Positions 26,215-38,493 are shown, numbered from the stretch's first letter. The stretch is DNA of 64,000 bases from Patellaria atrata CBS 101060 (GCA_010093705.1 MU006099.1:124001-188000), one strand, 5' to 3'. The notes: generated by a model not told the origin, from the letters alone. Program-made: numbers and translations.

Positions 26215-26298
26215 ATGGTGAATGCCTAAATATATTGGCTTCTCGAGATTCTTGAGACAATCCGTGAGCACAACAAAGGCTGTACGAGCCATTTCTGA
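26215..26298 (+). ncRNA. Degenerate intronic C/D-like unit
   Basis: ATGGTGA 39 nt after a weak donor at 26176; CTGA 26295; branch GCTAAT 26347. Confidence 0.4.
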
Positions 26299-26465
26299 CA
26301 AAATACGTGTGATATCGCAATGAACATGAGCAGCAGACGGAGCAGAGCTAATCGTTCTTCCAGGTGAAAACTCGATAAACTTAATGCTCGGTATGGAGAG
26401 TTGGACGCAAAACCATGTTGCGTAACGGTACGCGTCTTTTTCTATTTGTTCAAGAGAGACCTCGG

Positions 26466-26555
26466 CAATTATGATGCTATTGAGAAATCGACGGTATTTT
26501 GATTCCAATGGATCCTGAGGAAACGCCATATTCGATTCAATGACTGATAGAATTG
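26466..26555 (+). ncRNA. Candidate intronic C/D snoRNA
   Basis: C-like ATGATGC 26471; D CTGA 26544; stem CAATT/AATTG; branch GCTAAC 26597. Confidence 0.5.
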
Positions 26556-26789
26556 ACCCAAGACCCTGGTAGTGTTGAAGGTTCGGAATGAGCAATGCTA
26601 ACCGGTAGGTGACTAGGGAGTCTACCTCAAAGTGAGCTGCACATACACGAGAAATGGCCCATCGAGACTTTATTTTGCACAGGCACGAAGATGTTCTTGG
26701 TTGCATTCATATCCAAAGGTATGTGAATCTCAATTACATGCTCAGCTAGCTTCCCCTGCGGTAGGTGAGCAGAACCGGCACTAAGAAAA

Positions 26790-29100
26790 CGTTAAGATTT
26801 CAGAAGCTGCTCGTCGGAATGGTGTTCTGGATCCGTCACATCAACCGCATCGATTGAGTGAAGTAGGGTTGCAATAGTACCGACGGGTGACTTGATCTCC
26901 TTTCTTCCAAGTCCGCCGCCAAGTACCACATCATCTCCATTATCCAATACATACACGTCTGAAGATCCACAGATCAATCTCCATGATGACCCCACAGATG
27001 CTCGTAGAGATATCGTGAGCATGCTCCCGATAGTGGCTATTATGTTGACTGTTTTTGCACGCTCATTTAGGCTCCTCATTCTCGACCCTGCGAGCCAACC
27101 CTGATGGAAAGAGTTTTCATGTGTCCAACAAGCCGCAGGGTTCTTAGGCATCTCAGTGTAAGACCGTCCAGTTGAGCAGAAGAGTGCAAAGGTCGGTAAT
27201 GAGTAACAGTCGCCCGGGGAAAGCATATAAGATGAATTACGAGCTTGCAAGAAGATGGTAAGTCAGCTCCTCGTTGTGGCATCAAGTACTCTTCCAGGTA
27301 CAAAGGTCGAATCAACAAATGTTTCTGTGTTCTCCACGAAGAAATAAGTTGAAAGACCATACATATCCGTGGGGTTTGTGGATGTGCCATACAGTGGGTT
27401 GTGGATGTTAGTAATCCGGTAAGCAGAACTGACGGGAAGACTGTACCAACCGGTTCTTCCAATCCCGGATGATAAGTTCACGTCGGCTTCACATATTACT
27501 GTTCCCAACGACAAGTCCCTTTAGAGTCTTGCTCTTTAGAGACGGCGGGTGGAGTTTAGTGTTTCTGATGGGTCCCTAATAACAGCAGTTGGATCTTGGC
27601 AATTTGGTATATAGAACTGCACGGAAAATTGCACTCAAGGACGGTCTTCCAATCCGGATGATGAGTTCATGCCAGCTTCACTAAGATTACTTCCAACGAC
27701 AAGATCCTCCGGGGTTTGTTTCCGAAGCTAGCTAGTGAAGCTAGTGTTTCTGACGGAACCAACCGACTATTCCCGGGCGGACATTTTTTTAAGATGGTTT
27801 GTTCCTTGATTTTTGAGCAAGGAATGTAGAGATTCCTATCGAATGAAGAGCTTGATACTTACTGGAATATTGATGATATGAGGTCTTTTGAAAGTGGACT
27901 AGTGCCCACCGTCGTGAGGAGTATCATATTCTCCGGGAAATGATGGACTTCTTCCCGAACGATTGAACTGACCTGAGAAATTATCACTTTCAAGAACGGC
28001 TTCCTTACATGGAATGTCCTTCATAGATCGTCAGTGACGGTTGCTCTGACCGGAAATACTGGAAGTGGAATGGTTCCTTTGCTCATTAAGAAGTTCGTTA
28101 CTGTTAGTGTACAAATGCCGGAGTGGAAGTTTAGTCTCTTGAAAATGACAGGGAAGGAAGAATCGGTCTGATGGAAGGGAACGACGGACCAAACTGACTA
28201 AAGGAAGAAAGAGTAAAGAATTGACCAAAGGTTCAGGACCGAGGAGCTTGAGACGCCATAAAGAGCATGAAATATCGCCACAGAATGTACAACTGACTGG
28301 ATATAGTTTGACAATGCAGACAAAGTAAAAGATCAGATGTAAGTACAACTGTCGTGGTATGAAAACTAATGACTTGTGACTAGAGTGACAGAATGGAAGC
28401 AAATCGATATGAACTGAAGACATTGTGACTGGCAAGCGCACGCACTTACGGATGACTAGGATTAAGGAGGACAGATTGAGGAAGCCGAAGTTGCGGATTA
28501 AAGGATAATAGGTCTCGCTGCAGGACGCTATAAGTTCTGGGACAGAATAACTAGTGATCCAATAGAAAGTACAAGAGCAGAAAAAGGTACTCGAGAAGCG
28601 CAATGAACTTAAGAGAAGCACAAGATGGAGGACAAAGATATGGGAGAAATTTCTCTAGTTCCACAGAGACGGTTTGAAAATAAGGAAGGAAATGATGAAA
28701 GGACGAATGACGCCATAAAAAAGACTGGCAAATGATTACTTGGGAGGATACTGCCCTTAGGTCCGACTGCCAGCTCGTAGGTAGGACTATTTCCGTTCCA
28801 ATGTCCAAAGCCGAACCTTCACTGGCTGTTAATATTTATGCAACTTCGATATACGATGATAGCAAACCCTCATAGCAACTCCCCAGTGTTTTCTTCTAGA
28901 TAACACCACCGCGCACTCTGATTCCTTCAGTACTAATATGTCTTTTGTTATGTCCGTTAGGAGGCGCGGACTTGAGGATGGTTGCCTGAATATATGGACG
29001 CCCTTTCTAATACTGTCGTCGCGATTGGAATGGATGAACCTAAGGCGCGTTGTGGGAGCACACATTACGTCCGATCATGGTGCGTTTCGTCGGCGGAGTC
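26790..29100 (+). pseudogene. Decayed long low-complexity/charged coding sequence with internal direct repeat
   Basis: Protein-like frame (SFLPSPPPSTTSSPLS..., later E/K/D-rich) interrupted by scattered stops and frameshifts; ~120-bp imperfect repeat at ~27451-27573 and ~27641-27760. Boundaries approximate. Confidence 0.4.
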
Positions 29101-31154
29101 GTTGCTTCTCTTTAAGCTCGTAATGCTTATAGCCACAGGAAGAATTGGTACACATTAGGTATATGTGCATCCGACGATCCTACGAAGTCCACCGATCTAC
29201 ACAGGGACGAAGAGTTCTGCACAAGGTCAACTATGATCAGACTAAACGCAGAGCTGGTTCAGCTTACCTACCAATGATATAAAGAGGGACTCAGCACTCA
29301 TGGATATCGCGGTGAGCTTCCTTTGGTACCTCCACTATGGAATCTATCTATGTGAGTACAGTGAGATGTACGGTAATAATGTTAAACATACCCTAACTGA
29401 TTAGTTGCAAAATCTATGGTCTTTGACCGGACTCTCTTCTGTTTGCTATATTCTAGTATAACTTGAGTGCATTGCCTTTCTTGTTTTGATACGCTTGAGC
29501 ACGTTTCGCTGATGACTGTCATTTTTGATCACCTTGGTGCGGCGAATCCCATCTCGGACTGCCCCTCGAATGAATGGCGTGAACCTACACTGCTTCGACG
29601 AGCTATTGAGCTTACCGCTCTTGTTTTCCTGCTCTGAACGCTCACAGATGCGTGGCGGTTAAAAACGATCAGAGAATATGGTCGCAGGGTCGCCTCGGGT
29701 GAGTTGGATTTCGTTAGTCGGTATAGGTGAGGAGCGGCGCACTTTGCGCTCGAACTTCAGAGTTTCAAGCTTAGAGAATAGCTTTCTGAACACCATTGTG
29801 AGTATTCGTGGAAGAAGTGGTATGATTTTAAAGGATAGAGATTGTTGCTTAGAGTGGCGGGAAAGAAAAGTAAATATTCAAGCCGCAGCAAGAGAGCCTA
29901 GTCCGCAGGCGGAGAAGGTCAAAACCACTTTGAAATTAAACCGGTCGTAACTACACTCCCTCGAATCCCATTTTTAAGCTATCACACGTTGCTTTGGAGT
30001 CAAATACCATCTCCCACAATAATTATTCATCATCAAGAGAGCCAGGTCTCCGTCCAATCCATAACCAAAACCCGAGGACGTCTGAATCAACACCCGGATA
30101 GCTAGACTTCGTTAGGTAATGTTAGATGAACAGCAGGGGGGTCAGAGATAATATTGCTTCCAACAGCCCTTCTAGACGAAGAGCTCTTCGACTTCAAGTC
30201 ATTTTGGTCCTGAAACAGGTGCATGGTGTGTATCAACCTCACCCTCCTGCGACGGAAAACCCGCTACACCTCTTGCACTTGCGCACATTCTTCAACAGTG
30301 CCGAGAGCGGCGCAACATCCCAAGAGGTTTTAGACAGTATAAGGAAACAGAACCATAGAAAACGGTCTTTGGCATCTAGCATAATACATACAAGCTGAGA
30401 GCGCACCCTCTTTTGTTACAATGTCTGATACCATGGGAGCGCCTTGGGAAGCTTCTTGGATTCGGCAATGAGCATTAGGTTATAGCTGAAAGTATAGGAA
30501 ATACCCTTGCGACGGACATCACAGGGCATATCGGAGCAGCATGAACATACAAGAGACTGACATCTTAAGACCAAAGCAGTCTACGAAAGAGCAATTCAAC
30601 ACTAAAAAGAGCGGCTATATTCAGTTCTGGACGGAAAAGACGCATTTTGCAATATACCCAACCGATTTCATTCCAGTAATACGGCGCCTTGACAAGGTCC
30701 ATACCCCTAAGGGCCATAACGGCACAACAAGTAGGATCCTAGAATTGTTCAAGAACAGACTCACAACCGGATTGAGCAGAGGAAGTTGAAAAGAAGCTCA
30801 GGATGAGTTTGCTGAACTATGAAGACGATGTGAGGTTGAGGTAAAGCCCATACTAGGTTCCATCTCGTAAGCGAATCACTCGCATTGATTGGTTCGGTTC
30901 ACCATCATAGCATCCCCATCGACGCATCGGATCTCCAAGCGGCCTCGAGGTTTACAATTATCAAAGTTCACGGAGTTGTGCGACACGGCGCATATCTATA
31001 TATTTGACAATCCTCAGAGTTCGTCATGATTCTCGTATCCCGATATTCAGAGCCTGTTAAAGCTCCACAGTCCCGCATACAAGCAGGTCGGACGCCGTTA
31101 CATTGGAACTTTTTCTAGTCTTCCAAAACCTTGCTCACATAGAGCAACAGGTCA

Positions 31155-32342
31155 ATGGCATCAATAAAAGCTTCTGATCTCTTCAGCGTTAATGGGATGG
31201 TTGCGGCAATTACAGGCGGGGGTACAGGTACGCCCCTAATCTAGCCATCCCGCCTGTCTAATGCTGTAAATTCTTGTTTACTCTGTTCTAGGAGTTGGCC
31301 TTCTCATGACCCGCGCCCTTGCTTCAAACGGGGCGTCTAAAGTGTACATAATCGGCCGTCGTTCGGAGCCACTGCACGCAGCTGCCGCCGAGTTCCCGTC
31401 CGTCGTCATCCCGGTCGTGGGTGATGTGACCTCGAAAGACTCCCTAAACTCGATTGTGCAGCAAATAGAATCGGACGCCGGCTTTGTGAACCTCCTTGTT
31501 GCGAACTCTGGCATAGCTGGCCCGAAACCGCAACTCTCCTCGACTAACCCTAGCATACAAGAATTTCGAAAGGCCGCGCTTGAAATGGACATGGAACACT
31601 TCACACATACGTTTCATCTGAATGTTACGGCAGTATTGTTCACTGCGTTTGCATTTTTGGAACTGCTGGATAAGGGTAACGGGAAGGGTAATATGGGGAC
31701 TGGACATCAAGCTGTGAGAAGCCAGGTAATTACGACAAGTTCAATAGCAGGATTCAGCAGGCAAAAGGGGGCTTCCATGGCGTATAATACGAGCAAAGCA
31801 GCTGCGACACATGTTATGAAGATGCTCAGTACGTATATGGCTCCGTGGAAAATCAGGACAAATATTCTAGCTCCTGGACGTGAGTATTCACATTGTTCAC
31901 ATTGTTGCTAAAACTCCGTTCCATTACAACCGCATTGTGCAGTTTGATATCGCGTTGTACTCACATGCCCCCCTTCCCCCCCAAAACAGTTTCTATCATT
32001 CCCCCTTTTCCTACTCAGGTACCAGTTATCCTTCAATATTCGGTCAGGATCATTTCATTACGCGTTTCAAAGAGGACTCTGCACATATTCATCAAATTGC
32101 TTAATATATTCTAACATCTCTCAGTCTTTCCTTCGGAGCTGGCGAATCCCCTTATCACGGCTATGGACCCTAACAATACGGGTCAATTCGATTCCTCATA
32201 TATACCGTCAAACCGCATCGGTGATGACCAAGATATGGCAGGTGCCATACTATACTTGGCCAGCCGTGCCGGCGCGTTCTGCAACGGGAACGTTGTGGTC
32301 TTTGACGGCGGAAGGTTAAGTTTAATGCCGTCAACGTACTAA
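31155..32342 (+). CDS. Short-chain dehydrogenase/reductase (exons 31155-31227, 31292-31879, 32125-32342)
   Basis: TGGGTGVG Rossmann motif across intron 1; LVANSG; catalytic YNTSK; APGLFPSE; C-terminal NGNVVVFDGG. Confidence 0.93.
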
Positions 32343-34398
32343 CAGTGGCCAAATTTTCAACAGTTCTATAGAATCTATGGACTGGATCAATCGTGATAGT
32401 AGTGGTATCATATGCACCCTTGGCTTGGAATGCCACTGAAGCATATAGGGACGTGATCTTTTTCTATGAAGTGATAAGATCTATCCCAACTTAATATTGG
32501 CTAGTTCTCTGGGTGAAAAGGGCACGATACATATCTCATATTTATCAAAAAGCTCGGTAATAGCGATGCGACGGGAACTTTTGATATTTATCCCTTATTA
32601 ATATGAGTGCAGGCGAGGGTCACCATTTACCAGGCCCAATTTGGGCTTCAAGCTTTACATATTAATGAGTGATACCGACCGACTGGGTCAACGACTCAAC
32701 AAGCAATTTCTTGGGCGCAATTCTCCACTGCACGGCGCCAAATATAGGCGTATTTCCGCCTTAAGAACTCCCGTTTTGTTGTTTTCGAAGAGAGCCGTCT
32801 CATCCCGGGAAGCACGGAGATAGCCGAGAAAGCTGAGACAGCAAAAGGTCATCTACGTCATTGCGAATGACCCCGCCGCCAACATCGCGAGTCGTGCGAC
32901 ACCAACAAAGGAACTCAACTGCTCAACCTGGCCTACATTATTGTTGGCAGCGATACTTATTGACATTTCGATACATAACTTGTGAGTACCGTATGTACAG
33001 GTTTCAACGGGTAATAGAGTTCCCACCGGGATTTTGTTGTTATGGGCGCTACAACCGATACAGTACTTAAATACCTCAATGCCCAACCCAACAGGCCTTC
33101 ACATGCAAAAACGCGCCATATCTGACACAACAGCACGAGATAGGCCATATTACCTTGTGGCTGTGAATCTCCATCACAGTACTGTACAGTACAAACCATC
33201 CTGTTCTGTACCTCGTTGCATGAATTCACCTCGGAGCTACGGTAAGATGTCCCGGATTGAGGGAGGTAGGTAGGAGGTATTGAACTTCAATCAACATTTG
33301 GAGTCACCCCCAGGTATAGGGGACGTTAGGGGGAGGAAACGAATTTAACCTGAGTTTACTCCGTACGAGGGCAGTTGCTGCATGATTGACTTTCCACCTG
33401 CCGACAACAAGTGACAGTCAGATAAAGCCTTGATCATGATTGGACGATATGGCATGAAAGCGGGAGGATGGGAGAGGATGAGTGGTGGGAGGGAGAGCTG
33501 AGAAGGCATCTTAGAGCTTCCCCGCATGCTCAAGTATCCCCAAGAGATACCAGATACCAACAGTACAAGTACAGCCAGGTTGTCTTCTCGTGGTACAGTA
33601 CAAGTACCTATTGTAGCTCAAGATACCCATAAAATCTTTCCTGATTCCCTTTCCCCCCCATTTGGCTGTACTCAAAAGAGGAGTAACGCAACAACACAAG
33701 ACCCAAGCTGCAAGCGTGCTACTTATCGAAGTACTAGGCATACGCACAACTCAAATCCTCCCACTACATATCCCTCACATAACTCAGACTGAGAGCCTCA
33801 GTTGCTTTCTTTCCTCCTTTATACCAAACGGTGCCCAATCTTCGACCAAAACCAGTTCACTTCTTGTTGCTTTGGTCATAAGTGGCCCGTGTGCTACAAG
33901 GCTTGGCTTCTATCCGCGTTGAATTGGTGAGTTTAGCGTCAGTTCCCACTTCATCCCCAGCGATGCACCTCGTTCAAGCCGACTCAAGACTTCAACAACG
34001 AAATGACCCCGGGTACAACCGGGCCTTTGTGGATTTTACACCCAATTCAGATCCACTATGCAATGCGCTTCGAGGGGAAAACAAGAAAATGGAAAAATAT
34101 CAGAGTTTACGCCGAGGCCCAATCCCCGAACCTGTTTCTCCCCTGTGATACATTGAGCGTTGACGTATAAAGAATATGGATGCCTGTGATTTCCCGCTAT
34201 TCCGATCAGTTTGTGCCGTTATTGTGTTTGTTGGCGATTGAAGAGTCATATCCAGTCCTTGCTGACAAAGCTGTTTTCAGTATCCCCAATACTCTTGAAC
34301 ACGACTACCAGATACACGTCGACTCCCGCGTCATCTCCCTCCCCGTTCACTGCCTCTTCATTGAGGTGTGAAACTACCCTTCCCTACCGTTTCCCAGG

Positions 34399-35500
34399 AT
34401 GTCTTCTGCTGGCTCCTCTGCTTTAGAAGCCGCAAAGCGAAAAGGAGACCTCCTACTAAGCACCGCCAAAGACACGGTCAAAGACGCACCAAGCATGGCG
34501 AAATCAGCCGCAGAAAACCCCAGAAAAGCCACAAGCGATTTCCTCCACACACCCGCTATGAAAGCCGCACTCCCCTTCATAAACGGAGGTCTAGCAGGCA
34601 TGACAGCCACAACGGTCATCCAACCGATCGACATGATCAAAGTCCGCCTCCAGCTCGCAGGCGAGGGCGTCAAAACCGGCCCCAAACCCACCCCTATAAG
34701 CGTAACCCGCGACCTCCTCGCCCAAGGCAAATTCACGGACCTCTACACCGGCCTCTCCGCCGGCCTCCTCAGACAAGCCGTCTACACCACCGCCCGCCTC
34801 GGCTTCTTCGATACCTTCATGAAAGCCCTTTCCGCAAGGGCAAATGAGCACAACACGAGCATCGGCTTCAAAGAGCGCGCGGGCGCCGGTCTCGCCGCCG
34901 GCGGTCTCGCGGCCATGGTCGGCAACCCCGCCGACCTCGCCCTCATCCGCATGCAATCCGACGGCCTCAAACCCGTCGCCGAGCGCGCGAACTACAAATC
35001 CGTCGTCGACGCCCTCTCCCGCATCGCGAAGGCAGAGGGCATCACGCGTCTCTGGGCCGGCTGCTCTCCCACCGTCGTCCGCGCCATGGCACTCAATTTC
35101 GGCCAGCTCGCTTTCTTCTCCGAAGCCAAGAATCAGCTCAAAGACACCAGCTTGGCGCCGCGCACGCAGACGCTCGCGGCTAGCGCTGTTGCGGGCTTCT
35201 TCGCTAGTTTTTTTAGCCTGCCGTTCGATTTTGTCAAGACGAGGCTGCAGAAACAGTCGAGGGGGCCGGGGGGAGAGTTGCCGTATAGGAGTATGGCGCA
35301 TTGTTTTGGGAAGGTCGCGAGGGAGGAGGGCCTGTTGAGGTTTTATAGGGGATTTGGGACGTATTATGTTAGGATTGCGCCGCATGCGTGAGTTTTACCC
35401 CCTTTTTTTTTCTTTTTCTTTGAGTTGGCTGGGTGGTACTGATTTTTGTAGTATGGTCACGCTCATCGTGGCGGACTACTTGGGCTTCATCACCAAGTAA
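34399..35500 (+). CDS. Mitochondrial carrier, 2-oxoglutarate/malate (dicarboxylate-type); exons 34399-35387, 35452-35500
   Basis: Three PX[DE]XX[KR]XR-type motifs (PIDMIKVR, PADLALIR, PFDFVKTR); LLRQAVYTTARLG and RIAPH typical of OGC/DTC carriers. Confidence 0.93.
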
Positions 35501-36269
35501 GCCCGGTCGATTCGGCCTAGTTCGGGGAGTGTTCTGCCACGGCCTACGTTGGGATAACCCCCCACTTCAACTGTAGCAGGTATCGGACATTTCGTTTTAT
35601 GTTGGCTATATAGGGTGGTTTATGGAATGGTAAGGTAAGGATCTCTGCATCATGATATTTGGCTATTGTGGCATCTATGGTGGTGTGGCTCTGGCGGTTC
35701 TGTCTTTTTCTTTTTCTTTGGATTGCAATATGCATGTTTGTAGGAGTTAGGAATTCAGTTCGAGTCGTCGTTATCGATCACTATCTAAATTTTTTTTTTT
35801 CCGATGGGATGGAGATGCTGGTGACTACTAGTTCTATGGTATGTGTAGACCCCGGGTGGAAAGTACGGTGATATCCCCCTGGCCCCCGGAATTAGTTTTG
35901 AGGTGTGCAACAGTGGATTAAGATCCCCCTAAAGGTATCGCGATAAGTTCCTTTGCGAATCGGTCGCTCAGGGAGGCTCAAGTCCACGCGGTAATGGACT
36001 CACAACAGGTTAAGATGGCATCCAGTGCACAGATCCAGCACAACACCTCACCTCGACGAAGAATTTTACGAGTCTTCTTTTATCAACATCATGGACGGGA
36101 TAGCTAACCTACTCTACTCTATCTCCCCCTCGCTCTTCCCCTACCCTCCTTCGGTCCAAGCGCCTGATCCTCTTACACCAAAGCAAACAGCAAGAAACAA
36201 TCAAACACCGTAAACCCAGATACCCAACCCACGCCAATGCCTTCACCCCTTTATCCGCCTCCACCCGTC

Positions 36270-38493
36270 CTACAACTCAATCAACGCCTCCTCCTTCACC
36301 GGCGCAGGCGTCGGGACTTCATGCCTCGGTGCCTGCGGCCACTGCCTCTCCGGTCCCAAAAACCCATGCTGACCCTGCTCCCCCTGATCCAGCGGCAAGT
36401 TCGGATACGGCTGCGCACTCTGCGGCGTAGGTTGTGGATGCTTAGGCTGCACGACGGGGTCGGTGTAGTAATTCCGATAGCTTTGGTCGTCGGGGGGTTG
36501 GGAGGGTGGATAGGATTGTTGTTGCTGGGGGTAGTGGGAGTGGGAGTGGGAGGAGAGGTTTGTGTTGCGGCGGTGGAGGTGGGGGGAGTTATCTACTGCT
36601 GGTGAGGGGGGGTATGGGGGTTGTTGCGCTTGTTTAGGGGGGTAGGGATTATTTGAGGCGGACTGATGCTGTGGTTGAGAGTAGACTTGGGGGGTTGGTT
36701 GTTGGTACTGTGGTTGTGGGTCTGATTGCGGGTGGTTGAAGGGTTGTACGGCTATTGAGGCCCGCTTGTCGTAGCCGGTGTACGGGGACTGAGTTTGGGG
36801 AGAATAGCCGGCGTATGTGGAGGGTGGTCGTCCGTAGGGTTCCGCACGAGATTGGTTGCCTGTGTAGAAGTTTTCGGCTCCGGCTGGGCCGTCGGGGACC
36901 CCGCTTGGGATGGCTGGGTAGAGGGAGGATGTGGGACGTTGCATGCTTGAGTAGCCGTAGCCGGAAGTTTGGCTGTAGGTACTTGAGAGACGGTCTTCGA
37001 GCATGCGGTCGTAGTATCGGACGACTGTTGAGAGCTTGGCGTGGAGGTCGAGTAGTGTGTCGTGTTTACTCATGGTTTCTCCATAGGTTCTGGCTAACTT
37101 TGGTCTTAGTTTACCGATACTTTCATACAGTTCTTGAATTTGTGGTTCTCTTAAGATGGTCCCTGTAGGCTGGTGTTGTAGCCGGTCGACAAGAGTTGCG
37201 AAAAGGTTGATATTCTCTGCTTCAACGGGTGAGAGCTCGTAATCGTTTTTAGGAACCTGGGGGAGAGGTGATCCGGCTGATGAATGCGTCTGTTGTTTCA
37301 AAGTAGCAGTATGCTTCTTCTTTTGCTCCTCCATGTCTTTCAATGAGGCGGCAATTGCTTCTTTCAGTTCCGGATCATCCTCTTCGTCGTCTTTTGGCGC
37401 AGGGGTAGCTTTAGTCCCGTTTGTTGATGTGCCGTTCCTCTGTGCAGATAGTTGTGTATTTGGTACATATCCAGCTGAGCCGTTGCCTTTGCTCTCTTCT
37501 AGACTCATCTCCAATGCCCGTTTTAAATCAGCGTCAAATGTATCTTCTACCCTCGCGTTCCGGGGTTGCATAGAACCTTGATACAGTGTTTTGGCGGACT
37601 TTGATGCATCGAACCCTTTGGGTACTGGAGTCCCTTCTGACTTTTTCGTCAACTTTGCATAGCATCCATCATCCACCCTGACAGGTTGCAGAATGCCCAA
37701 ATGAGGGAGGGCTAGACTCTTGCTGGAACATTGCTGATCAAACACATTACCACAATTTCTACAGTGATGCTTGCGATTTGTAAAGGTGAATGAGGTCCGA
37801 CATCTCATGCAAACATCTGAATCTGTCCATTCCGGTGGCTACAGATTGTTAGTCTGGTGTTTTCTTGAGTTGAGAAAGATGATTTCTGCTTACCGCACTA
37901 CTATCAAACATACTGCTAGCCGTCTCTTCTTTCGGTGGAAATCTGTAACCCTCACTCTGTAACGTCTTGTATACTTCATTGATGTAGGTAAGATTAATCC
38001 GACCCTCAGCGGCAGCTGCCCATGCTTGTATAAGCTCTAGTATTCTGTTGACGACATCATGGTTCACTGCAGCTGGACCGGAAGTATTCAGAAGAGAGAT
38101 GAGATTGTCCATAAACTCTCGCGACGCTATCTCCGTCATAAAATGTTGCCCGCCGTTCTTCATGCATGTATCTGTGAGCTAAAGAACTGTTAATCAAGAG
38201 CTCTGGGCACGAAGGAGTCGAGCGGCGTGTATACATTTAGAGCTGCTATCTGAACATTTGGATTTTTATTGCTTATGCGACGCTTCAAGGATCGCATGGC
38301 CTCTTTCGGCTGAACGGTCTTCGATCTGATGATATCGGATATTTCTAGGTTCAGCGCAATGTCTTCCCTAGTTATGAGTTAAACTAAGGCAACAATCCGC
38401 ATTCTAGGGGGAAATGATTTACAAGCTGGAAGATGTTGCGCGGTCTATTTGCTCATCCAGAGCAGTATTGCCAGAGGCAAACCAGCCTGCCAT
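36270..38493 (-). CDS. VPS27: ESCRT-0 subunit Vps27/Hrs (VHS-FYVE-UIM-UIM-GAT-like, P/Q-rich tail); 4 exons
   Basis: [18 protein letters not shown] start; VHS helices ([17 protein letters not shown]); [16 protein letters not shown]; UIMs [12 protein letters not shown] and [12 protein letters not shown]. Confidence 0.95.

Larger units (their letters stand above)
20113..26763 (+). ncRNA. Putative non-coding multi-intron host gene of a tandem intronic box C/D snoRNA-like array (core 23402-26608; upstream extent less certain)
   Basis: Donors at 23402, 23629 (GC), 23830, 24027, 24299, 24520, 24747, 24978, 25230, 25486, 25695, 25931, 26176 and 26428 are each followed 37-47 nt later by a C-box-like heptamer. 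Each then has a D box, a branch site usually ~50 nt after it, and an acceptor. Exons are ~33-70 nt with no coherent ORF. Confidence 0.75.

Noticed and set aside
23402..26608. CRISPR array or protein-coding micro-exon (Dscam-like) interpretation of the periodic region
   Set aside because: The context is eukaryotic with no cas genes, and the units are 200+ bp and diverged. Exon lengths vary without keeping frame, whereas the intronic C/D boxes and stems are positionally fixed.
29400..29797. Minus-strand frame starting MVFRKLFSKL
   Set aside because: Stop after ~45 codons and no recognisable family; insufficient support.
33178..33607. Recurrent GTACAGTAC/CTGTACTGTAC motifs (also ~48050, ~50090)
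   Set aside because: Low-complexity intergenic motif; no specific factor or enrichment can be supported without genome-wide counts.
34368..35385. Long overlapping and antisense ORFs over the carrier gene (also over the glyoxalase and isochorismatase)
   Set aside because: Shadow ORFs caused by GC-rich codon bias.
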